Assembly: GCF_963921235.1 (NCBI RefSeq)
Contig: NC_086097.1
Span: forward strand, 101,372,001 to 101,436,000
Direction: 5' to 3'
Source of the DNA: Mobula hypostoma
Lineage: Eukaryota
Length of the DNA: 64,000 bases
Below, one piece after another: positions 40,464 through 53,710 of this stretch (positions are counted from its first letter, which is position 1; each line of letters begins with the position of its first letter). Under the pieces are notes generated by a model. The model ran no database searches. It worked only from the letters and a program-made list of their open reading frames with translations, and had not been told where the DNA came from. A program made the translations under genes and the position numbers.

Positions 40464-42056
40464 TGGAGGACAGGGAGATCAGTGCTGAGTGTATTGATAT
40501 GCTGGAGAACTTTAAAGTAAAGGAGGTAGTGCTGGGTCTCTTAAAGAGCATTAACGTGCATAACTTCCCAGAGCTTGATGGGATATACACCAGGTTATTG
40601 AGAGAAGCAAGAGAAAAGATTTCTGGGGCTTTGATAAATATCTTCATGTCCTCTCTAGCCACAGGCAAGGTCTGGAGAACTCATGAGTAGCTAATGTTGT
40701 CCCACTAATCAAGCAGGGAACCAGGGATAATCTGGAAACTATAGACCAGTGGGTGTGATGTCGGTGGTAATGAAGTTACTGAGAGGATTCTCAGGGACAG
40801 GAATTATGAGCATTTGGAAAACCGTGGCCTAATTAGGGACAGCGGGTCAAGTCGTGACTTACTAAGTTAACTGAGTTTTTGATGAGAATGATTGATGAAG
40901 CCATGTTACCTAGATGGAATTTAGTAAAGTGTTTGACAAAAGTCCCTCATGGGAGGCTCATCCAGAAGATTAAGAAGCATGGGATCCATGGTGAAGTGGC
41001 TGCCTGGATTCAGAAGTGTTTAGCACAGAGGGACATACGCAAGCTGGAGGTCAGTGATTAGCGGTGTTCTGCAGGGGTCTGTACTAGGCCCTCTGCTGTT
41101 GGCGACGTATAGGAATAACCTGGAAGAAAATGTAGATGGGAGGGTTAGTAAGTCTGATGTTGCGGGTAGGAAAAATTTGATATAGATCAGTTGCAGATTG
41201 GATTGAGAAATGGCAGATGGAGTTTAACTTGGCCAAATGTGAAGTGTTGCACCTTGGTAAGTCAAATGCAATGAGACAGTACACTGCTACGGATAAGATC
41301 CTTAACAGTGTTGGTGATCAGAGAGATCTTTGGGGTCCAAGTTCATAGCTTCCTGAAAGTGGTTACACAGGTTGATAGTCTGGAAGGATCCCATTTTAGG
41401 AAGGATGTGGATGCTTTGGAGACAGTATAAAAGAAGTTTACCAAGAAGTTGCCTGGATTAGAGGGCATCAATAAGAAGATAAACAAACTTGTGCTGTTTT
41501 CTCTGGAGCAGTGGAGGCTGAGGGGAGATCTGACAGAGGTTTATATGTTTATGAGAGGCAGAGATAGAGTAGATGAACAGTATCTTTTTCCAAGATCTTA
41601 TACCGGGGGCATGCATTTAAGGTGAAAGGGGGTAATATCAAAGGAGTTGTGAGGGGCAAGTTGTTTTTACACAGAGAGTGGTGGGTGTCAGCAATTTGGT
41701 GGGTGGGTGCCTGCGGTGCTGTTAAAGGCAGAAACATTAGAGGCCTTTTAAAAGACGTTTAGATCGGCACATGAATGTGAGGGTAATGGAAGGATATGGA
41801 CATTGTGTAGGCAGAAGAGATTAGTTTAGCTGTTTGATTTGATTAGCAACTGAATTGGTTTGGCACAACATTGTGGGGTTCCTGAGCTGTACTCTGCTAT
41901 ATTCTATGTTTTTTGCCATTGCTGTTATTTCTTTTAGATGTAGTAAACTTCTGCTCACTCTGTGAGTTTCAAACCCTTTCTATATATAGTAATCCTTCCC
42001 CCAATGCTGATACCAGCTCCCTGTTTCCTACTCTCTATCCCCCATCATCCAATACC

Positions 42057-45000
42057 TACTCCACTCCCCCTCCCACACTGTGCTAGTCCACCCTCCTCCC
42101 ACACCGTGCTAGTCCACTACCCCCCCCACACAGTGCTACTCCACTCCCTCCCCACACGGTGCTAGTCCACCTTCCTCCCACACGGTGCTACTCCACTCCC
42201 CCCCACACCGTGCTAGACCACCCTCCCCCCCACACGGTGCTAGTCCACTCCCCCCCCACACAGTGCTAGTCCACTCCCCCCCACACCGTGCTAGTCCACT
42301 CCCCCCCACACCGTGCTAGTCCACTCCCTCCCCACACGGTGCTAGTCCACCTTCCTCCCACACGGTGCTACTCCACTCCCCCCCACACCGTGCTAGACCA
42401 CCCTCCTCCCACACCGTGCTAGTCCACTACCCCCCCACACAGTGCGACTCCACTCCCTCCCCACACGGTGCTAGTCCACCTTCCTCCCACACGGTGCTAC
42501 TCCACTCCCCCCTACACCGTGCTAGTCCACCCTCCTCCCACACCGTGCTAGTCCACTCCCCCTCCCACACCGTGCTAGTCCACCCTCCTCCCACACCGTG
42601 CTAGTCCACTCCCCCCCCACACAGTGCTAGTCCACTCCCCCCCACACCGTGCTAGTCCACCCTCCTCCCACACCGTGCTAGTCCACAGACCCTCCCACAC
42701 CGTGCTAGTCCACACTCCTCCCACACCGTGCTAGTCCACTCCCCCCCCACACGGTGCTACTCCACTCCCCCCCACACCGTGCTAGTCCACCCTCCTCCCA
42801 CACCGTGCTAGTCCACACCCCCTCCCACACCGTGCTAGTCCACCCTCCTCCCACACCGTGCTAGTCCACACCCCCTCCCACACCGTGCTAGTCCACCCTC
42901 CTCCCACACCGTGCTAGTCCACTCCCCCCCACACGGTGCTAGTCCACTCCCCCCCACACGGTGCTACTCCACTCCCCCCCCACACAGTGCTACTCCACAC
43001 CACCTCACACACCGTGCTAGTCCACTCCCCCCCACACGGTGCTACTCCACTCCCCCTCCCACACAGTGCTACTCCACACCCCCTCCCACACTGTGCTAGT
43101 CCACTCCCCCCCATACAGTGCTAGTCCACACCCCCTCCCACACAGTGCTACTCCACTCCCTCCCCACACGGTGCTCGTCCACTCCCCCCCACACTGTGCT
43201 AATCCACTCCCCCCCCCACACCGTGCTAGTCCACTCCCCCTCCCACACCGTGCTAGTCCACTACCCCCCACACCGTGCTAGTCCACTCCCCCCCACACGG
43301 TGCTACTCCACTCCCCCTCCCACACAGTGCTACTCCACACCCCCTCCCACACTGTGCTAGTCCACTCCCCCCCATACAGTGCTAGTCCACACCCCCTCCC
43401 ACACAGTGCTACTCCACTCCCTCCCCACACGGTGCTCGTCCACTCCCCCCCACACTGTGCTAATCCACTCCCCCCCCCACACCGTGCTAGTCCACTCCCC
43501 CTCCCACACCGTGCTAGTCCACTACCCCCCACACCGTGCTAGTCCACTCCCCCCCACACTGTGCTACTCCACTCCCCCACCCACACCGTGCTAGTCCACC
43601 CTCCTCCCACACGGTGCTAGTCCACTCCCCCACCCACACCGTGCTAGTCCACACCCCCTCCCACACTGTGCTACTCCACTCCCCCCCCACACAGTGCTAG
43701 TCCACCCTATTCCCACACTGTGCTACTCCACTCCCCCCCCACACCATGCTAGTCCACTCCCCCCACACGGTGCTAGTCCACTCCCCCCCACACCGTGCTA
43801 GTCCACTCCCCCCACACGGTGCTAGTCCACTCCCCCCCACACCGTGCTAGTCCACCCTCCTCCCACACTGTGCTAGTCCACTCCCCACCCACACCGTGCT
43901 AGTCCATTCCCCCCCACACAGTGCTAATCCACCCCACCTCCCACACTGTGCTACTCCACTCCCCCCCCACACCGTGCTACTCCACACCCCCTCCCACACT
44001 GTGCTACTCCACTCCCCCCCCCACACCGTACTACTCCACACCCCCTCCCACACCGTACTAGTCCACTCCCCCCCACACGGTGCTAGTCCACTCCCCCCCC
44101 CACACGGTGCTAGTCCACTCCCCCCCACACGGTGCTACTCCACTCCCCCACCCACACCGTGCTAGTCCACTCCCCCCCCCCACGGTGCTACTCCACTCCC
44201 CCACCCACACTGTGCTAGTCCACTCCCCCACCCACACCGTGCTAGTCCACTCCCCCCCCACACCGTGCTACTCCACTGCCCCCCCACACCGTGCTACTCC
44301 ACACCCCCTCCCACACCGTGCTAGTCCACTCCCCCCCCCACACGGTGCTACTCCACTACCCCCCCACACTGTGCTCCTCCACTCCCCCACCCACACCGTG
44401 CTAGTCCACACCCGCCACACGGTGCTAGTCCACTCCCCCCCACACGGTGCTAGTCCACTCCCCCCCACACTGTGCTACTCCACTCCCCCACCCACACCGT
44501 GCTAGTCCACTCCCCCCCCACACGGTGCTACTCCACTACCCCCCCACACTGTGCTCCTCCACTCCCCCACCCACACCGTGCTAGTCCACACCCGCCACAC
44601 GGTGCTAGTCCACTCCCCCCCACACGGTGCTAGTCCACTCCCCCCCACACTGTGCTACTCCACTCCCCCACCCACACCGTGCTAGTCCACTCCCCCCCCA
44701 CACGGTGCTACTCAACTCCCCCACCCACACTGTGCTAGTCCACCCTCCTCCCACACCGTGCTACTCCACTCCCCCACCCACACCGTGCTAGTCCACTCCC
44801 CCCCCCCACGGTGCTACTCCACTCCCCCACCCACACTGTGCTAGTCCACTCCCCCACCCACACCGTGCTAGTCCACTCCCCCCCCACACCGTGCTACTCC
44901 ACTGCCCCCCCACACCGTGCTACTCCACACCCCCTCCCACACCGTGCTAGTCCACTCCCCCCCCCACACGGTGCTACTCCACTACCCCCCCACACTGTGC

Positions 45001-48000
45001 TCCTCCACTCCCCCACCCACACCGTGCTAGTCCACACCCGCCACACGGTGCTAGTCCACTCCCCCCCACACGGTGCTAGTCCACTCCCCCCCACACTGTG
45101 CTACTCCACTCCCCCACCCACACCGTGCTAGTCCACTCCCCCCCCACACGGTGCTACTCCACTACCCCCCCACACTGTGCTCCTCCACTCCCCCACCCAC
45201 ACCGTGCTAGTCCACACCCGCCACACGGTGCTAGTCCACTCCCCCCCACACGGTGCTAGTCCACTCCCCCCCACACTGTGCTACTCCACTCCCCCACCCA
45301 CACCGTGCTAGTCCACTCCCCCCCCACACGGTGCTACTCAACTCCCCCACCCACACTGTGCTAGTCCACCCTCCTCCCACACCGTGCTACTCCACTCCCC
45401 CACCCACACCGTGCTAGTCCACTCCCCCCCCACACGGTGCTACTCAACTCCCCCTCCCACACCGTGCTAGTCCACTCCCCCTCCCACACCGTGCTAGTCC
45501 AATCCCCCCCACACGGTGCTAGTCCACCCTCCTCCCACACGGTGCTAGTCCAATCCCCCCCACACTGTGCTAGTCCACTCCCTCCCCACACGGTGCTCGT
45601 CCACTCCCCCCCACACGGTGCTAGTCCACTCCCCCCCCACACCGTGCTAGTCCACTCCCCCCCCACACCGTGCTACTCCACTCCCTCCCACACGGTGCTA
45701 GTCCACTCCCCCTCCCACACCGTGCTAGTCCACTCCCCCCCCACACGGTGCTCGTCCACTCCCCCCCACACGGTGCTAGTCCACTCCCCCACACACTGTG
45801 CTAGTCCACCCTCTTCCCACACTGTGCTCCTCCACTCCCCCACCCACACCGTGCTAGTCCACACCCCCTCCCACACTGTGCTACTCCAGTCCCCCTCCCA
45901 CACCGTGCTACTCCACTCCCCCTCCCACACCGTGCTACTCCACTCCCCCTCACACTGTGCTAGTCCACTCCCCCTCACACGGTGCTAGTCCACCCTCCTC
46001 CCACACTGTGCTACTCCACTCCCCCACCCACACCGTGCTACTCCACTCCCTCCCCACACGGTGCTAGTCCACTCCCCCCCCACACCGTGCTAGTCCACAC
46101 CCCCTCCCACACTGTGCTAGTCCACTCCCCCCCATACTGTGCTAGTCCACTCCCCCCCATACTGTGCTAGTCCACACCCCCTCCCACACCGTGCTACTCC
46201 ACTCCCTCCCCACACGGTGCTCGTCCACTCCCCCCCCCACACCGTGCTACTCCACTCCCCCCCCACACCGTGCTACTCCACTCCCCCACCCACACCGTGC
46301 TACTCCACTCCCCCACCCACACCGTGCTACTCCACTCCCTCCCCACACGGTGCTAGTCCACTCCCCCCCCACACCGTGCTAGTCCACACCCCCTCCCACA
46401 CTGTGCTAGTCCACTCCCCCCCATACTGTGCTAGTCCACTCCCCCCCATACAGTGCTAGTCCACACCCCCTCCCACACCGTGCTACTCCACTCCCTCCCC
46501 ACACGGTGCTCGTCCACTCCCCTCCACATTGTGCTACTCCACTCCCCCCCCACACCGTGCTAGTCCACTCCCCCTCACACGGTGCTAGTCCACTCCCCCC
46601 CCCACACCGTGCTAGTCCACTCCCCCTCACACGGTGCTAGTCCACCCTCCTCCCACACGGTGCTAGTCCACTCCCCCCCCACACCGTGCTAGTCCACTCC
46701 CCCTCACACGGTGCTAGTCCACCCTCCTCCCACACGGTGCTAGTCCACTCCCCCCCACACTGTGCTACTCCACTCCCCCACCCACACCGTGCTAGTCCAC
46801 CCTCCTCCCACACGGTGCTAGTCCACTCCCCCACCCACACCGTGCTAGTCCACACCCCCTCCCACACTGTGCTACTCCACTCCCCCCCCACACAGTGCTA
46901 GTCCACCCTATTCCCACACTGTGCTACTCCACTCCCCCCCCACACCGTGCTAGTCCACTCCCCCCACACGGTGCTAGTCCACTCCCCCCCACACCGTGCT
47001 AGTCCACTCCCCCCACACGGTGCTAGTCCACTCCCCCCCACACCGTGCTAGTCCACCCTCCTCCCACACTGTGCTAGTCCACTCCCCCCCCACACCGTGC
47101 TAGTCCATTCCCCCCCACACAGTGCTAATCCACCCCACCTCCCACACTGTGCTACTCCACTCCCCCCCCACACCGTGCTACTCCACACCCCCTCCCACAC
47201 TGTGCTACTCCACTCCCCCCCCCACACCGTACTACTCCACACCCCCTCCCACACCGTGCTAGTCCACTCCCCCCCCCACAAGTGCTACTCCACACCCCCT
47301 CCCACACCGTACTAGTCCACTCCCCCCCACACGGTGCTAGTCCACTCCCCCCCCCAACACGGTGCTAGTCCACTCCCCCCCACACGGTGCTACTCCACTC
47401 CCCCACCCACACCGTGCTAGTCCACTCCCCCCCCACACGGTGCTACTCCACTCCCCCACCCACACTGTGCTAGTCCACTCCCCCACCCACACCGTGCTAG
47501 TCCACTCCCCCCCCACACCGTGCTACTCCACATCCCCCCCACACCGTGCTACTCCACACCCCCTCCCACACCGTGCTACTCCACTCCCCCCCCCACACGG
47601 TGCTACTCCACTACCCCCACACACTGTGCTCCTCCACTCCCCCACCCACACCGTGCTAGTCCACTCCCCCCCACACGGTGCTAGTCCACTCCCCCCCCAC
47701 ACGGTGCTAGTCCACTCCCCCCCACACTGTGCTACTCCACTCCCCCTCCCACACCGTGCTAGTCCACTCCCCCCCACACGGTGCTAATCCACTCCCCCCC
47801 CCACACCGTGCTAGTCCACTCCCCCCCACACGGTGCTAGTCAACTCCCCCCCCACACTGTGCTAGTCCACTCCCCCCCACACGGTGCTAATCCACTCCCC
47901 CCCCACACCGTGCTAGTCCACTCCCCCCCACACGGTGCTAGTCCACTCCCCCCCCACACGGTGCTAGTCCACTCCCCCCCACACTGTGCTACTCCACTCC

Positions 48001-50647
48001 CCCTCCCACACCGTGCTAGTCCACTCCCCCCCACACTGTGCTACTCCACTCCCCCACCCACACCGTGCTACTCCACCCTCCTCCCACACGGTGCTACTCC
48101 ACTCCCCCACCCACACCGTGCTACTCCACTCCCCCCCCACACGGTGCTACTCCACTCTATTCCCACATTGTGCTACTCCACACCCCCACCCACACCGTGC
48201 TACTCCACCCTCCTCCCACACGGTGCTACTCCACTCCCCCACCCACACCGTGCTACTCCACTCCCCCCCCACACGGTGCTAGTCCACTCCCCCCCACATT
48301 GTGCTACTCCACACCCCCTCCCACACCGTGCTAGTCCACTCCCCCCCCACACGGTGCTAGTCCACTCCCCCCCACACTGTGCTACTCCACTCCCCCTCCC
48401 ACACCGTGTTAGTCCACTACCCCCCCCACACTGTGCTACTCCACTCCCCCACCCACACCGTGCTAGTCCACCCTCCTCCCACACGGTGCTACTCCACTCC
48501 CCCACCCACACCGTGCTACTCCACTCCCCCACCCACACTGTGCTACTCCACTCCCCCACCCACACTGTGCTACTCCACTCCCCCTCCCACACCGTGCTAG
48601 TCCAATCCCCCCCATACAGTGCTAGTCCACACCCCCTCCCACACCGTGCTAGTCCACTCCCCCACCCACACCGTGCTACTCCACTCCCCCACCCACACTG
48701 TGCTACTCCACTCCCCCACCCACACTGTGCTACTCCACTCCCCCTCCCACACTGTGCTAGTCCACTCCCCCCCATACAGTGCTAGTCCACACCCCCTCCC
48801 ACACCGTGCTAGTCCACTCCCCCCCCACACGGTGCTACTCCACTCCCCCCCCCACACTGTGCTACTCCACTCCCCCCCACACAGTGCTACTCCACCCTCC
48901 TCCCACACCGTGCTAGTCCACTCCCCCCCACACTGTGCTAGTCCACCCTCTTCCCACACTGTGCTACTCCACTCCCCCACCCACACCGTGCTAGTCCACT
49001 CCCCCTCCCACACCGTGCTACTCCACTCCCCCCCCAAACCGTGCTAGTCCACCCTATTCCCACACTGTGCTACTCCACTCCCCCCCCACACCGTGCTAGT
49101 CCACTCCCCCACCCACACCGTGCTAGTCCACTCCCCCCCACACTGTGCTAGTCCACCCTCTTCCCACACTGTGCTACTCCACTCCCCCCCACACAGTGCT
49201 ACTCCACTCCCCCTCCCACACCGTGCTACTCCACTCCCCCCCCAAACCGTGCTAGTCCACCCTATTCCCACACTGTGCTACTCCACTCCCCCCCCACACC
49301 GTGCTAGTCCACTCCCCCACCCACACCGTGCTAGTCCACTCCCCCCCACACGGTGCTAGTCCACTCCCCCACCCACACCGTGCTAGTCCACTCCCCCCCA
49401 CACGGTGCTAGTCCACTCCCCCCCACACCGTGCTAGTCCACCCTCCTCCCACACCGTGCTAGTCCACTCCCCCTCCCACACCGTGCTAGTCCACTCCCCC
49501 CCATACAGTGCTAGTCCACACCCCCTCCCACACCGTGCTACTCCACTCCCCCCCCACACCGTGCTAGTCCACTCCCCCCCCCACACCGTGCTACTCCACT
49601 CCCCCCCCACACCGTGCTAGTCCACCCTATTCCCACATTGTGCTACTCCACTCCCCCCCCACACCGTGCTAGTCCACTCCCCCCCCACACCGTGCTAGTC
49701 CACCCTATTCCCACATTGTGCTACTCCACTCCCCCCCCACACCGTGCTAGTCCACTCCCCCCCCACACCGTGCTACTCCACTCCCCCCCCACACCGTGCT
49801 ACTCCACCCTATTCCCACATTGTGCTACTCCACTCCCCCTCCCACACTGTGCTAGTCCACTCCCCCCCATACAGTGCTAGTCCACACCCCCTCCCACACC
49901 GTGCTAGTCCACTCCCCCCCCACACGGTGCTACTCCACTCCCCCCCCCACACTGTGCTACTCCACTCCCCCACCCACACCGTGCTAGTCCACTCCCCCCC
50001 CACACAGTGCTACTCCACTCCCCCTCCCACACGGTGCTAGTCCACCCTATTCCCACACTGTGCTACTCCACTCCCCCACCCCCACCATGCTAGTCCACTC
50101 CCCCCCCACACCGTGCTACTCCACTCCCCCCCCACACCGTGCTACTCCACTCCCCCCCCACACCGTGCTAGTCCACCCTATTCCCACATTGTGCTACTCC
50201 ACTCCCCCCCCACACCGTGCTAGTCCACACCCCCTCCCACACTGTGCTAGTCCACTCCCCCCCATACAGTGCTAGTCCACACCCCCTCCCACACCGTGCT
50301 AGTCCACTCCCCCCCCACACGGTGCTACTCCACTCCCCCCCCCACACTGTGCTACTCCACTCCCCCACCCACACCGTGCTAGTCCACTCCCCCCCCACAC
50401 AGTGCTACTCCACTCCCTCTCCCACACGGTGCTAGTCCACCCTATTCCCACACTGTGCTACTCCACTCCCCCTCCCACACCGTGCTACTCCACTCCCCCC
50501 CACACCGTGCTACTCCACTCCCCCCCCACACAGGGCTAGTCCACACCCCGTCCCACACTGTGCTAGTCCACTCCCCCCCCACACCGTGCTACTCCACTCC
50601 CCCCCCAACACCGTGCTACTCCACTCCCCCCCACACCGTGCTAGTCC
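42057..50647. repeat. C-rich minisatellite, unit about 26-29 bp, roughly 300 units
   Basis: Unit CACAC(C/G/T/A)GTGCTA(G/C)TCCAC followed by a variable C tract (TCCCCCC, CCTCCTCC, TCCCCCACC, CCTATTCC). Strong C-over-G skew on the + strand. Confidence 0.99.
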
Positions 50648-50711
50648 TCATGGTTGCTACCTACTCCTTGCTTCCTTTTGGCACTCTCTACCTCTTGCTC
50701 AATGGTATTGC

Positions 50712-50838
50712 ATCCAGATGAAGTGTCTCAACTCAAAACAGCGACTGTCCATTTCCCTCCACAGATGCCGCCTGACCCACTGAGTTCCTCCAGCAGTTTG
50801 ATTTTTGCTCCAGGTGCCAGCATCTGCCAGTCTCTTGT
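50712..50838 (+). mobile_element. Short Penelope-like terminal relic with a decayed hammerhead-like core
   Basis: CCAGATGAAGTGTCTCAACTCAAAACAGCGAC...AGATGCCGCCTGACCCACTGAGTTCCTCCAGC resembles CTGATGA-stemII-GAAAC Penelope-type ends. Related copies recur later in the window. Family assignment is from recall, not a search. Confidence 0.5.
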
Positions 50839-50886
50839 GAGTCGTGATCCCTGGTTCCTGGTGTCACTCCCTGACTCTCACCCCTT

Positions 50887-53372
50887 ATAACCATATAACC
50901 ATATAACAATTACAGCACGGAAATAGGCCATCTTGGCCCTTCTAGTCCGTGCCGAACTCTTACTCTCACCTAGTCCCACCAACCTGCACTCAGCCCATAA
51001 CCCTCCATTCCTTTCCTGTCCATATATCTATCCAGTTTAACTTTAAACGACAACATCGAACCTGCCTCAACCACTTCTGCTGGAAGCTCGTTCCACACAG
51101 CTACCACTCTCTGAGTAAAGAAGTTCCCCCTCATGTTACCCCTAAACTTTTGCCCTTTAACTCTCAACTCATGTTCTCTTGTTTGAATCCCCCCCACTCT
51201 CATTGGAAAAAGCCTATCCACGTCAACTCTATCTATCCCCCTCATAATTTTAAATACCTCTATCAAGTCCCCCCTCAACCTTCTACATTCCAAAGAATAA
51301 AGACCCAACTTGTTCAACCTTTCTCTGTAACTTAGATGATGAAACCCAGGTAACATTCTGATAAACCTTCTCTGTACTCTCTCTATTTTGTCGACATCTT
51401 TCCTATAATTCGTTGACCAAAACTGTACATAATACTCCAAATTTGGCCTCATCAATGCCTTGTACAATTTCAACATTACATCCCAACTCCTATACTCAAT
51501 GCTCTGATTTATAAAGGCCAGCGTACTAAAAGCTTTCTTCACCACCCTATCCACATGAGATTCCACCTTCAGGGAACCATGCACCATTATTCCTAGATCC
51601 CTCTGTTCTACTGCATTCTTTAATGCCTTACCATTTACCATGTATGTCCTATTTTGATTAGTCCTACCAAAATGTAGCACCTCACATTTATCATTATAAA
51701 CTCCATCTGCCATCTTTCAGCCCACTCTTCTAACTGGCCTAAATCTCTCTGCAAGCTTTGAAAACCTACTTCATTATCCACATCTCCACCTATCTTAGTA
51801 TCATCTGCATTCTTACTCATCCAATGTACCACCCCATCATCCATGTAATGTATATGACAAACAACACTGGACCCAGTACAGATCCCTGAGGCACACCACT
51901 GGTCAACGGCCTCCAATCTGACAAAGTTATCCACCACTACTCTCTGGAGTCTCCCATCCAGCCACTGCTGAATTCATTTTACTACTTCAATATTAATACT
52001 TAACGATTGAACCTTCCTAACTAACCTTCCATGTGGAGCCTTGTCAAAAGCCTTACTGAAGTCCATATAGACAACATCCACTGCTTTACCCTTGGCAACT
52101 TTCCTAGTAACTTCTTCAAAAAATTCAATAAGATTTGTCAAACATGACCATCCACGCACAAATCCATGTTGACTGTTTCTAATCAGACCCTGTCTATCCA
52201 GATAATTATCTATATCATCTCTAAGAATACTTTCCATCAATTTACCTACCACTGATGTCAAACTCACAGGCCGATAATTGCTAGGTTTACTCTTAGAACC
52301 CTTTTTCAACAATGGAACAACATGAGCAATACGCCAATCCTCCGGCACCATTCCCGTTTCTAATGACAATTGAAATATTTCTGTCAGAGCCCCTGCTATT
52401 TCCACACTAACTTCCCTCAAGGTCCTAGGGAATATCCTGTCAGGACCCAGAGACTTATCCACTTTTATATTCCTTAAAAGCTCCTGTACCTCCGCTTCTT
52501 TAATCATCATAGTTTCCATAACTTCTCTACCCGTTTCCCTTATCTTACACAATTCAATCTCCTTCTCCTTAGTGAATACCGAAGAAAATAAATTGTTCAG
52601 AATCTCCCCCATCTCTTTTGGCTCCTCACATAGCTGTCCACTCTGATTCTCTAAGGAACCAATTTTATCCCTCACTATCCTTTTGCTAGTAATATAACTG
52701 TAGAAACCCTTGGGATTTATTTTCACCTTAATTGCCAAAGCAACCTCATATCTTCTTTTAGCTTTTCTAATTTCTTTCTTAAGATTCTTTTTACATTCTT
52801 TATATTCCTCGAGCACCTCATTTACTCCATGCTGCCTATATTTATTGTAGATATCCCTCTTTTTCCGAATCAAGTTTCTAATATCCCTTGAAAACCATGG
52901 CTCTCTCAAACTTTTAACCTTTACTTTCAACCTAACAGGAACATAAAGATTCTGTACCCTCAAAACTTCACCTTTAAATGACCTCCATTTCTCTATTACA
53001 TTCTTCCCATAAAACAAATTGTCGCAATTTACTCCTTCTAAATCCTTTCACATCTCCTCAAAGTTAGCCTTTCTCCAATCAAAAATCTCAACCCTGGATC
53101 CAGACCTATCCTTCTCCAAAATTACATTGAAACTAATGACATTGTGATCACTGGACCCGAAGTGCTCCCCAACACATACCTCCGTCACCTGACCCATCTC
53201 ATTCCCTAACAGGAGATCCAACACTGCCCCTTCTCTAGTTGGTACCTCTATGTATTGCTGCAAAAAACTGTCCTGCACACATTTTACAAACTTCAAACCA
53301 TCCAGCCCTTTTACAGATTGGGCTTCCCAGTCTATGTGTGGAAAATTAAAATCTCCCACAGTCACAACCCTT
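50887..53372 (-). mobile_element. 5'-truncated CR1 LINE, ORF2 (APE endonuclease C-half plus RT) broken by frameshifts and stops
   Basis: ORFs 53048-53428 (GDFNFP, LDLLLG, SDHN), 51974-53017 (YRPVSL, QHGF, DFSKAFD), [10 protein letters not shown] near 51869-51898, ADDTKIGG, and 50970-51713 (C-terminus). The 3' end is an 8-bp repeat (ATAACCAT)n at 50887-50908. CCCTTA occurs at both junctions. Confidence 0.97.
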
Positions 53373-53554
53373 ACTTCTAAACACAATCGTCTTTTCTCCT
53401 TCCTCCTCCTTCCTGCCCTAACTCTCATCTACCTACTTCTCAGCCCCTCTCTTCTCTTCAGTGTGACTCTCATCTCCTTTCTCCTCCTCCCTGCTGCCCT
53501 CTCAACCCCCCCCCCGCCTTCCAATACTCCCTATGTTCTGAGAGCTGCCTGCTC

Positions 53555-53710
53555 TTTGTTGCTAATCCTTGGTGCTATTCTGTGCTTTGTTACTACTCCT
53601 TGGTGTTACTCTGTGTTTTGTTATTAATCCTTGGTGCTATTCTGTGCTTTGTTACTATTCCTTGGCATTACTCTGTTTTTCGTTACTATTCCTTGGTGTT
53701 ACTCTGTTCT
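53555..53710. repeat. 31-bp tandem repeat, about 5 units
   Basis: CCTTGG recurs at 53567, 53598, 53629, 53660 and 53691. Unit types GCTATTCTGTGC and (G/A)TTACTCTGT alternate over the first four units. Confidence 0.85.

Larger units (their letters stand above)
38745..41910 (+). mobile_element. Decayed CR1 LINE ORF2 (endonuclease C-terminus through 3' end) split by two nested insertions
   Basis: Collinear ORF2 pieces: PTRETALDLVFGNEPGQ (38745), EPWMSREV...YFTSVFTEQKDM (39174-39605), EDREISAEC...LLREARE (40464), YRPV, KVPHGRLIQK, WQMEFNLAKCEVLHLG. The 3' tail ends near 41910. Confidence 0.9.

Noticed and set aside
42140..46500. Near-matches to the human PRDM9 13-mer (ACTCCCTCCCCAC)
   Set aside because: Expected in a C-rich tract. 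PRDM9 specificity evolves too fast for the human motif to be meaningful in this lineage.
42365..50783. Pro/His-rich (extensin-like) and Gly/Trp-rich ORFs
   Set aside because: These are translations of the C-rich minisatellite, and variable C-run lengths constantly shift the frame.
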